A stretch of 14,300 nt of DNA from a virus (taxonomy: Duplodnaviria; Heunggongvirae; Uroviricota; Caudoviricetes). The stretch is taken from positions 1 through 14,300 of the IMG/VR virus record IMGVR_UViG_2671180490_000011; one strand, written 5' to 3'. Shown here in pieces: positions 1-8,553 of this stretch (positions within the stretch are counted from its first letter, which is position 1; each line of letters starts with the position of its first letter). The translations under genes were made by a program, and so were the position numbers. The notes beneath the pieces were generated by a model, which did no database searches, was not told the DNA's origin, and saw nothing but the letters and a program-made list of their open reading frames with translations.

Positions 1-1020
1 GGGAAAAATATCATCAGATGGCTGCTTAAAAAAAGAACAAATGGTAGTGTCCGCTATTGCCAGTACACCTCATAATGCCTGGCATAGCAAGCCCTTTTCT
101 TGTGTTGTCAAGACATTTGGCAACGTTCAAACATCTGTTTAGAAATGCCAAATTGTTGATCTAACAAATAAACCTGTATAAACAGAACACCATTTAATCT
201 ATTCCCCTGTGTAACCCACCACATCACACAATAAAAACAAAAAACTTTAATTATATTTCATAGCACACAAAAGTCAATAGAAGCCCTTTCGTGCTCCTAC
301 GTAAAAAATCCATCACTTTTCCACTGATACATCAATTCAAGGCGTTATATGTGTTCCTTAGCACATATAACATTTATTATGTTAAATGGATTTTGGCCTA
401 TATTTTGACCTGCACCCGCATAAACACTGGTTTCATCGCTTACAGCCCTTGTGAGACGTGGTGCTGTTTCTAGCATCTGATCCGACATAAAACCGATCAT
501 TCTCGTGTTTAGTGAAAGTTTAGTGAGAGACATTACAGAAAGGCTTTCTGTGTAATGATTTAATAGGTAAAAACGATGTTGATTACGCAAGAAAATTCCT
601 TGCTGATATTTGGGGATTCTGGATTTTCCAGATCGGGGGGCGCTGAAAATCGCGTTAAGCACCTCTCGCAATCTAGCCATAAGGGAAGGGATATAGGTAT
701 TAAGATGTATTTATAGCTATTTATGGCTATTTATTTTTTATTTACCTTTACTTAAAAATAACCTTATAAATCAATAAGATACATAATTATCTGTTTATAT
801 TTTAATCAATTAAATCAAGTTTAATACCCTTAAATCACCTGAAAATAGCCTTAAATACCCCAATAATTAATTTTAAGGTTTTCCGTGTTCTCTTCCGCAT
901 TATGAAAATGCAAAATAAGGCACAAAACAAGCGCACAGACGCATTAAACACACATCACCTATCCCTATACCGAGTAATGAAAACAGCGTTAGAATGCGTC
1001 CTGTTGCGTTCTGGAGATTT

Positions 1021-1179
1021 TCAGAAATCCTCTCTAAGCCATTTCAACTCACTAAGGAGTTTTCTTTCTTCGTTCTCTCTCTGTTTACGCTCTAGCCAGG
1101 CTTTTCCTTCTGGCGTAGACAGGAACTTACGAGCGTGAATCTTGCGGTTATTACGTTTGATTGCTGCAATGTTTTTCAT
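1021..1179 (-). CDS. hypothetical small basic protein (52 aa); below the length cut-off of the supplied ORF track
   Basis: Hand translation of the reverse complement: ATG at 1179..1177, TGA stop at 1023..1021, product MKNIAAIKRNNRKIHARKFLSTPEGKAWLERKQRENEERKLLSELKWLREDF. AGAGG lies 6 nt upstream of the ATG. No family recognised. Overlaps antisense to the weaker + ORF 902..1138, which lacks an RBS. Confidence 0.3.
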   Translation of the reverse strand: MKNIAAIKRNNRKIHARKFLSTPEGKAWLERKQRENEERKLLSELKWLREDF

Positions 1180-1784
1180 CGTGTGCCTCTGTATTCATAT
1201 GAAAATTAACAAGTTACATACTACACAGGGAGACTACGCATAAAACACAATACAAGTAAAGATACATTTTCAAGACAATAGGAGCCATAAAGCGCCTTTG
1301 ATGGTTATACCAAAAAATAAGCGCCGTAGGCGTATCCACTAAAAAGGGCTTTTTCACAAAAGCTATGAAGTCTTAGCAGTTCTTCTCTTATCAGGCACCC
1401 GTTGTACTCCGGTGGACGAAACCGTGCTAGAGCTTGATTCTTTCCCGATCAAGTTAGGTTTTGAAGAGGTGGGCTTTAATCCACTATTGCACTTAAAACT
1501 CTTCCCATCATTTAGCCTGTTTATCCTCTGCAACGTCTCACGACGTGTAGCATCATTGGACACCGCGCCAGGTGTGGAACATCTTGCTAAGAGTTTTGGT
1601 AGAAGGTTTAGAGACGGTGGCACGTCTTCCAGCTTCAAAGGAACTTGTTACGAGGTTGAGCCTGGGAACTACTCGCCCATACGTGTTACACTACCAAAGC
1701 CCATAACAACGTATAGGCGTTTGTAAGTGATAACAGAAGATACAATTTCTTAGAGAAGTTAAGCTAAGTTATTAATTTTCTTAA

Positions 1785-1830
1785 TGGTGCCGATAATAGG
1801 AGTCGAACCTACGACCTTCGCATTACGAAT
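1785..1830 (-). other. partial tRNA-Thr(CGU) gene (thrW-like), 3' 46 nt only; putative prophage attachment-site core (attR-type repeat)
   Basis: Reverse complement reads ATTCGTAATGCGAAGGTCGTAGGTTCGACTCCTATTATCGGCACCA: anticodon loop TTCGTAA (anticodon CGT), variable loop, T-stem/loop GTAGG-TTCGACT-CCTAT, 3' acceptor strand TATCGGC, discriminator A and CCA. The 5' acceptor strand, D-arm and 5' anticodon stem are absent; identity breaks at tRNA position about 31. Match to thrW is from memory of the E. coli sequence. Orientation places the integrated element on the high-coordinate side, consistent with the tail-fibre genes. Confidence 0.55.
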
Positions 1831-2343
1831 TATAAGAATCCGCTTCTAATTCAAAGCATTACCCCATCAACACTGCGCTCACACGTCCCACCACATCAAA
1901 ACATGTAAAGCCTTGCAAGTCATTGCGAGGCCTTATGTGTCTCAGTTTTGTCCCACCTTGTATTACGACTTGCATAGCCAATGAAGATAAATGTGACAAC
2001 AAACGGCGCAGCAGTCTTCTTTTCCTTCATACTTTCCCCACCCAGCATGCATACCTTCTACCATAACTGTAGTGAATGTCTGTTATGAGCGAGGAACGGA
2101 CGTTGCCACGGAACGGACCTAACCATTAACGAGCATCCACCAGCAAGCTATGAGGAAATTATGCAAAGCTAGCATGCCAGGGCCTATACCCAAAAACGGC
2201 CTCGGAATTTTTGATAACAGTTCGAAGTCTAATAATAAAAAAGGGAATCTCTCGGATCTGAAGGTCCCCCTTTAAGCGAGAAAAGGACATTTAATTTTCA
2301 AGTCGTGGAAATCGAAGGCAGTACCTGCCGGAGCCATTGCATC

Positions 2344-2368
2344 GAAGCCTGGATAATATCCAGGCTTC
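2344..2368 (-). terminator. perfect 11-bp stem / 3-nt loop hairpin 34 nt downstream of the oxidoreductase stop; possible terminator or RNA-stability element
   Basis: gaagcctggat-aat-atccaggcttc is a perfect inverted repeat; a second small hairpin ggcag-tac-ctgcc lies at 2318-2330. No U-tract follows on the - strand, so intrinsic-terminator function is uncertain. Confidence 0.3.
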
Positions 2369-2401
2369 ACCAGGCTCATTTATAAAATGCTGTGGTAAGG
2401 A

Positions 2402-3394
2402 TTACTCAACGGTCACGACTATTTTGCCTACCTGGCCATTGGCCTCCATATAGCGCTGGGCGTCTGCAATCTCTTCGAACGGGAACGTTTTATCGATGAC
2501 CGGTTTCAGTTTGCCAGCTCGTAAGCCTTCTGTGATGAAGGATTTTGCGCGCGCCATTTTTTCAGAGTCAGTCGTGATTTCAAACAGCTCATATCCACGC
2601 AGAGTGAGATGCTTACCGAGAATATTAAATACAGGCACAAGCATGTCACGGCTATCGAGCGCGCCATACTGGAAAAACATGCCCTGTGGTGCCATCACCT
2701 GCGTCAGTTTTGCCACGTCCGGCCCGCCGACGGGATCAAAAACAATATGGGCACCTACGCCATCTGTTGTTCGATTGATTTCAGCAACCATATCCAGCTC
2801 TGCAGTAGCAATGACGGCAGCTGCGCCAGCTTTCAGTAGCATTTCACTTTTTTCAGAGGTCCGAGTGAGTGCAATTGGGTTTGCACCCAGCATGTTAGCT
2901 ATCTGTATGGCAGCCAGACCTACGCTGCTTGATGCTGCGCGGATCACAACATTCTGACCAGCCTGAAGATTGCCATATTCAACCAGCGCACCATAAGCGG
3001 TGACATACATCATCCAGCTTGCAGCGGCTTCCTCAAAAGAAAGGTTTTCAGGATGCTTCACGATAGCATGCACAGGTGCATTGACCACTTCACCGTACAT
3101 ACCGTATTCATTAAACATAAATGAAGGGATAACGCTGACCAGATCTCCAATGGTAAACTCATCAACATTCTCACCTACGGCCTGCACAACGCCAGCCGCT
3201 TCATAACCAAGACGTGCCGGAAATTCCGGCTCAATAACATACTGGCCGTTGCGGTACATGATTTCTGCACGGTTGATACCTATCGCATGTACGCGGATCT
3301 GCACTTCACCCGCTGTCGGCGCAGGCACCTGTACATCAACAAATTCCAGCACTTCCGGGCCTCCGGTACGGTTAAAGGTAATAACTTTAGACAT
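2402..3394 (-). CDS. NAD(P)H:quinone oxidoreductase-like protein, medium-chain dehydrogenase/reductase (zinc-type alcohol dehydrogenase) superfamily
   Basis: 330-aa ORF, ATG at 3394 with GAGAG-type SD 6-7 nt upstream, TAA stop at 2404..2402. N-terminal motif GEVQIRVHAIGINRAEIMYRNGQY matches the QOR/zeta-crystallin signature; central glycine-rich nucleotide-binding stretch VVIRAASSSVGLAAIQIANMLGA. Family is firm; substrate is unknown. Confidence 0.85.
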   Translation of the reverse strand: MSKVITFNRTGGPEVLEFVDVQVPAPTAGEVQIRVHAIGINRAEIMYRNGQYVIEPEFPARLGYEAAGVVQAVGENVDEFTIGDLVSVIPSFMFNEYGMYGEVVNAPVHAIVKHPENLSFEEAAASWMMYVTAYGALVEYGNLQAGQNVVIRAASSSVGLAAIQIANMLGANPIALTRTSEKSEMLLKAGAAAVIATAELDMVAEINRTTDGVGAHIVFDPVGGPDVAKLTQVMAPQGMFFQYGALDSRDMLVPVFNILGKHLTLRGYELFEITTDSEKMARAKSFITEGLRAGKLKPVIDKTFPFEEIADAQRYMEANGQVGKIVVTVE

Positions 3395-3543
3395 ATTCAG
3401 CTCTCTTCAGTTAAAGGCACTCCTTCAGAATAATGCCGAAGGGATGCCCGAATCATTTGTGAACAATCTACGTTGTTACAAACACACCAGAAATAGCTGA
3501 GAGGGAACTTCAGTATTAATTATCCATTAACAATCCGCCTGCT

Positions 3544-4446
3544 TCAGCGGATCTGCGTGGCCAGAACATCACTGAACCAGTCGATAAAGACGCGCACTTT
3601 TGGAGAAAGGTAGCGCCTGTCGGGATACATCACTGACACGGGCTTTGACACCGATGGGTATTGCGGCAGAATCTCTTCAAGAGCGCCGGAAGCAATATGG
3701 GGAGCAACGGCATCATAGGTAGCTTGGATAATGCCCAGACCAGCCAGAGCACAGGAAAGCAGAATATCGGAATTATCAACCAGCAGGCTGCCCGCAGGAC
3801 GTAGTGAAACAATGCTCCCGTTTTCGATAAACTTCCATTCCATGACGTCACGACTGTGGTCGCTAAAAAAGTTAATTGCCCGATGTTTATCCAGATCCGC
3901 AAGTGTTTCTGGCCGCTCATGCTGCTGCAGGTAAGACGGGGCTGCACAGGTAACCATCCGGATGTCACCAAGACGTCTGGATATAAAACTAGAATCCTGA
4001 AGCGCACCCAGGCGGATAAGGCAATCTACGCCTTCCGTGATCAAATCAGTTTTTTTATCCGAAGAAACCAGCACAACTTCAATACCTGGATACAGTGTCT
4101 GAAAATGCCTAAGATTAGGGATCAATATGGAATGCGCCAGCGCCAGGGGCACATCAAGTCTCAGGCGTCCTCGCGGTGGAAGAGTCGGTGAAAAACTGGC
4201 CATCATGTCATTAACTTCGGCCAGGACATGCCTGGCATGATGATAGAACTCATCCCCTTCAGCAGTAACGCTCAGCTTTCGGGTTGTGCGATAAATGAGT
4301 TTTACACCCAGATCATGCTCTATCTGCTGTATTGCTTTGCTCACGGTGGGGCGATGGATCTGAAGTACATCAGCAGCTTTAGTGAAGCTACCCTGCTCAA
4401 CAACCTGTATGAAAATATTTAGGTATTCAATCATGTTGGCATGCAC
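3544..4446 (-). CDS. LysR-family transcriptional regulator
   Basis: 300-aa ORF with N-terminal helix-turn-helix (YLNIFIQVVEQGSFTKAADVLQIHRPTVSKAIQQIEHDLGVKL) and a C-terminal co-inducer-binding-type domain of typical LysR length. GTG at 4446 has AGGTGA 5 nt upstream; alternative ATG at 4434 (MIEYLN...). TGA stop at 3546..3544. Lies 149 bp upstream of, and co-oriented with, the oxidoreductase gene. Confidence 0.85.
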   Translation of the reverse strand: MHANMIEYLNIFIQVVEQGSFTKAADVLQIHRPTVSKAIQQIEHDLGVKLIYRTTRKLSVTAEGDEFYHHARHVLAEVNDMMASFSPTLPPRGRLRLDVPLALAHSILIPNLRHFQTLYPGIEVVLVSSDKKTDLITEGVDCLIRLGALQDSSFISRRLGDIRMVTCAAPSYLQQHERPETLADLDKHRAINFFSDHSRDVMEWKFIENGSIVSLRPAGSLLVDNSDILLSCALAGLGIIQATYDAVAPHIASGALEEILPQYPSVSKPVSVMYPDRRYLSPKVRVFIDWFSDVLATQIR

Positions 4447-4819
4447 GTGATCACCTGTTTTGTAGGCTGTTTAAAACTGACATTGTAAAGTAAACCATCC
4501 CAACGACATTATTTTTTTCGTTCAGATAAGGGCTTGTCCGCTTCTGGCACATAGCAGACCAGAGACACTGGCGTAAAGCCATGGAGGATCGGTGGGAGGA
4601 GGTAAAAATCCTCTCATGCAAAAAATACGCAAAATCGATAACAGTTGGAAATCATTCAATACTCGCACTATCGGAAGTTCACCAGCCAGTCGTAGCACGT
4701 TCTTGCATACGACGTGGCTACGGGTTTCGAGACCGGTCCAATCATCAAACGAAACATAAAATTAATTCACATTATGAGGAAAAGTATCTTTTTTGTACTA
4801 TGTAAATTCAAAGGCTTAG

Positions 4820-5689
<870 letters not shown>

Positions 5690-5708
5690 GTCTTTAAGTG
5701 ATAAGCAT

Positions 5709-5757
5709 AAACCGCAGCACGTCATGCATACGTCGTGTCTGCGGTTTTTCTTTTTTG
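5709..5757 (+). terminator. rho-independent terminator between convergent genes (GIY-YIG gene and tfa); may act bidirectionally
   Basis: Stem aaaccgcag (5709-5717) pairs with ctgcggttt (5739-5747), followed by TTTTTCTTTTTT to about 5756 on the + strand. On the - strand the downstream tract is less U-rich. Confidence 0.6.
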
Positions 5758-5758
5758 C

Positions 5759-6343
5759 TTACACGGTGTCTGGTTCTTCTGGCCACTCAATATCAGGTGC
5801 AGTTGATGTATCAACACGGTTCAGCAACACCCGATACTTCTTCCAGGCTTCCAGCAACGAGGTTTCTTCCTCCGTTGCAATTTCCAGATCTGCAGCATCC
5901 TGAAGCGGCGCAATATGCTCACTGGCTACCTGCATCAGGTTGTTTTTTGTTTCTTCCGCCTCCCGGATCCGGAACAGTTTTTCTGCTTCCGTATCCTTCA
6001 CCCAGGCTGTGCCGTTCCACTTCTGAAACTCCCCTTCCGGCGATAACCAGGTAACATTTTCCGGTAACGGACCGAGTTCAGAAATAAATAACGCGTCGCC
6101 GGAAGCCACGTCATAAACCGTTTTACCCCGATGATCTTCAACGAGATGCCACGATGACTCATCACTGTTGAAAACAGCCACGAAGCCAGCCGGAATATCT
6201 GGCGGTGCAATATCGGTACTGTTTGCTGGCAGACCTGTATGAGGCGGAATATATGCATCACCTTCACCAATAAATTCATTAGTTCCGGCCAGCAGATTAT
6301 AAATTTTTATGGTCCGTGGTTGTTCACTCATTCTGAATGCCAT
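5759..6343 (-). CDS. tfa: tail fibre assembly protein (phage lambda Tfa homologue)
   Basis: 194-aa product [48 protein letters not shown]... is near-identical along its length to lambda Tfa as I remember it. The ATG overlaps the stop of the upstream stf (TAATG), the classic stf-tfa coupling. Confidence 0.9.
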   Translation of the reverse strand: MAFRMSEQPRTIKIYNLLAGTNEFIGEGDAYIPPHTGLPANSTDIAPPDIPAGFVAVFNSDESSWHLVEDHRGKTVYDVASGDALFISELGPLPENVTWLSPEGEFQKWNGTAWVKDTEAEKLFRIREAEETKNNLMQVASEHIAPLQDAADLEIATEEETSLLEAWKKYRVLLNRVDTSTAPDIEWPEEPDTV

Positions 6344-8505
6344 TATGCAAGCCTCACAATATAGTTAAATGCGATGTTTTTGACGGTGTTTTCCGCGTTA
6401 CCAGCAGCGTTAACGGTGATGGTGTGTCCATGTGAACCAATCGCAACGGAGTGCGTATGAGCACCAATACCGACAGTATGTGCATGTGCGCCTGCGCTTG
6501 CAGCTGTGCCGGACAGCGAGTGGGTATGAGCACCATCTGATGATGTCTTCCCTGCATTACGAGTCTGGCCACTACCGCTTGTTGTGCTCATAATCCCCGC
6601 GCTTAGATTTGAAATCGCGGTATAACCATTAGGGAAAATGCTCGTGTTCGTGCCACCAAATGCACCGGAACTCTTGTGTTGGTGCGCACCGGCACTATTT
6701 GCGGTCCCGCTAATACTATGGGTATGCGCCCCGGTGTTATTCGTGGATTTGGTTCCGTAATCAAACGACGATGTGGTTTTCGTCCCCAAATCCGTACTGG
6801 ATGCGCTGGCGCTGTGGGTGTGCGATTTAATGCCGTCCTGTTCCTGAGATAATACGGCCCGACCACTGGCGGGCTTGCCCTTAATCGTCCAGCCACGCAT
6901 ATCAGGGATCACGCCTGACGGATAAGCGGCTGCAAGTTTCGGGTAAGCAGATTTGTCAAAAGTCTGCCCCTGCATCAGGGCATAACCAGACGGAACGGTA
7001 TCTGATGGCCACGGGATTGGTGCGCCGACTGGGTAGCTTTCTGGTGGAAGATTTTTCGAGGTATAAACTTCTGCCCAGTCTTCCTCAAAACCATAACCGT
7101 CTCTTGAAGAACGGTAGAACAGACCACCATTTCTGTAATGCGCCTTCATCTGCAATGTCCGGCAACTTCCGACTCCGGTATAGAAGTTAACCAGAATATA
7201 GCTGTTGCCAGAGCGGGTGACATTGTAAGCGCCTGATTCGGCATTCCAGGGAACGCCACCATCCGCATCGGCATATGTATCCGTTGCCCTTCTGGCAAAA
7301 GCAGCCACATGCGCGGCGGTTAAAGTAATATCTTTGGAACCATCAAACTCAACACCAGAAACCAGTCTTGGCGTTTGCAGCTTTGTTGCTGTTAATGCAT
7401 TACCGTTCAGACTTGCGGACAGTTTGGTTCCAATAACCAGTTCGCCGGTTGCGTTATCAATAGCAAACGGTCTTAATGTATTCCAGCCACCATAAACATC
7501 ACCTTGATTGGTAAGCAGCAGGTAAGTTTTAGCGCCATCATTACGCCATAATGCCCCATACTCCCCACCTATCATTCGAATCTGATTACCACCACGCGCT
7601 ACAATTTCGTCTGTGGCAAAAAGTTTTTTGCACGACAAGTTATCGTTAACGATTAACGAATGAGACTCATAAAAACCACGCCCACTCTTAAAATCAAGGA
7701 TAACGTCCGCCGCGATACATTCAGTCGCCGGATTTGTTGCCCCAAACTTATAGGTCGTATCATTAACAACGAGATCAGCACCAGGTGCGGATATTGACAG
7801 GCCATCTTCGATAAACGCAAAAACAGGGAAAGCAGCGCCATCAACATAGAACACAGAGCGCAAATCATCGCCCTTATTACTCATCATTATTGAGTGGATG
7901 GCTCGTTCATTGTTTTGATATTGCCAGAACATTCCATAAGCATAACGCCCCCTGTCAGTCCAGCCACCAGGCATAACAAATCCGTTAAACTCGCAGTTAT
8001 TCATCGGATCGCCTGCGGTTCGCGTTGCCGTGGTGATAATGACCCTTGATGCCAGTTCGCTTACTGAGCCAGCAGAACGCATAACAACAACAGGGTAATA
8101 TTTTCCAGATGTTGCACCTGCAGGAGCGTTAACCCGCACATAACGCATACCACGCTTATCAGCAAAGTCTGTTTTACTGACCGCGTTAATGTTGTTCAGG
8201 AAGCGTCCCTTATCGGGTATATCAGCGCCGTTCTGGTCTTTCTGCAGACGTTTCTCTGCATTGTCATAGGCTGATTTTACTGCCTTTGGCGTTGCCGCCT
8301 GTGACTCGGAAGTGCTGTTGGTCGCACTGCTGAGCTGTACTATCCCCTTTTTCGTCGTGCTCGCATCCTCAAGCGCCACGGCGGATGCAATATCCTCTGC
8401 CCGTTTTGCCGCTGTCTCAGCGCGCGTTGCTGCAGATTCCGCCGTACTTTTGCTCTGTGCTGCCGCCGTCGCACTGCCAGCTGCCTCTGTCGCCTTCGTG
8501 GATGC
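6343..8505 (-). CDS. stf: side tail fibre protein, 5'-truncated copy (C-terminal about 720 aa) with its own central domain; 5' end lost at the N/junction at 8506
   Basis: Translation contains the lambda Stf motif [24 protein letters not shown], a central domain (about residues 100-510 of the track ORF) different from that of the 8553-12128 copy, and a shared C-terminal His-rich region ([55 protein letters not shown]). The track ORF 6343..8553 is an artefactual fusion: its first 15 codons are a tfa 5' fragment joined through the N at 8506. Confidence 0.6.
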   Translation of the reverse strand, partial: ASTKATEAAGSATAAAQSKSTAESAATRAETAAKRAEDIASAVALEDASTTKKGIVQLSSATNSTSESQAATPKAVKSAYDNAEKRLQKDQNGADIPDKGRFLNNINAVSKTDFADKRGMRYVRVNAPAGATSGKYYPVVVMRSAGSVSELASRVIITTATRTAGDPMNNCEFNGFVMPGGWTDRGRYAYGMFWQYQNNERAIHSIMMSNKGDDLRSVFYVDGAAFPVFAFIEDGLSISAPGADLVVNDTTYKFGATNPATECIAADVILDFKSGRGFYESHSLIVNDNLSCKKLFATDEIVARGGNQIRMIGGEYGALWRNDGAKTYLLLTNQGDVYGGWNTLRPFAIDNATGELVIGTKLSASLNGNALTATKLQTPRLVSGVEFDGSKDITLTAAHVAAFARRATDTYADADGGVPWNAESGAYNVTRSGNSYILVNFYTGVGSCRTLQMKAHYRNGGLFYRSSRDGYGFEEDWAEVYTSKNLPPESYPVGAPIPWPSDTVPSGYALMQGQTFDKSAYPKLAAAYPSGVIPDMRGWTIKGKPASGRAVLSQEQDGIKSHTHSASASSTDLGTKTTSSFDYGTKSTNNTGAHTHSISGTANSAGAHQHKSSGAFGGTNTSIFPNGYTAISNLSAGIMSTTSGSGQTRNAGKTSSDGAHTHSLSGTAASAGAHAHTVGIGAHTHSVAIGSHGHTITVNAAGNAENTVKNIAFNYIVRLA

Positions 8506-8506
8506 N
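8506..8506. other. single N at a sequence junction (stf internal repeat region joined to a tfa 5' fragment)
   Basis: Literal n in the sequence; sequence identity to the 6296-6343 tfa/stf junction starts immediately after it. Confidence 0.9.
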
Positions 8507-8553
8507 TTATAAATTTTTATGGTCCGTGCTTGTTCACTCATTCTGAATGCCAT
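8507..8553 (-). other. duplicated 5' fragment of tfa (first 15 codons), truncated at the N
   Basis: 8507-8590 is a near-copy of 6296-6380 with 2 substitutions (one changes Tfa Pro9 to Ala). The encoded [15 protein letters not shown] stops at the N at 8506. Confidence 0.6.

Noticed and set aside
345-680. 111-aa ORF on the - strand (also the 291..473 + ORF)
   Set aside because: Pyrimidine-rich sequence upstream of the ATG with no SD, no recognisable domain, AT-rich context; could be a gene remnant but is unsupported.
1363-1726. Overlapping ORFs 1363..1638 (-) and 1412..1726 (+)
   Set aside because: Both begin at non-ATG codons (TTG / GTG) without an SD, overlap each other almost completely, and have Ser-rich or featureless products; insufficient to call.
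2496-4422. ORFs nested inside the oxidoreductase and LysR genes (2496..2957 +, 2609..2839 +, 3000..3206 +, 3249..3500 +, 3630..4007 -, 3731..3934 +, 3856..4191 +, 4228..4422 +)
   Set aside because: They are antisense or out of frame relative to two well-supported CDSs with clear family signatures.
4581-4805. 74-aa + ORF in the LysR / GIY-YIG intergenic region
   Set aside because: Lies in the 470-bp divergent promoter region, with no RBS and no recognisable product; more likely regulatory DNA.
5698-6279. ORFs 5698..6054 (+) and 5998..6279 (-) overlapping tfa
   Set aside because: tfa on the - strand is near-identical to lambda Tfa; these are alternative-frame or antisense artefacts.
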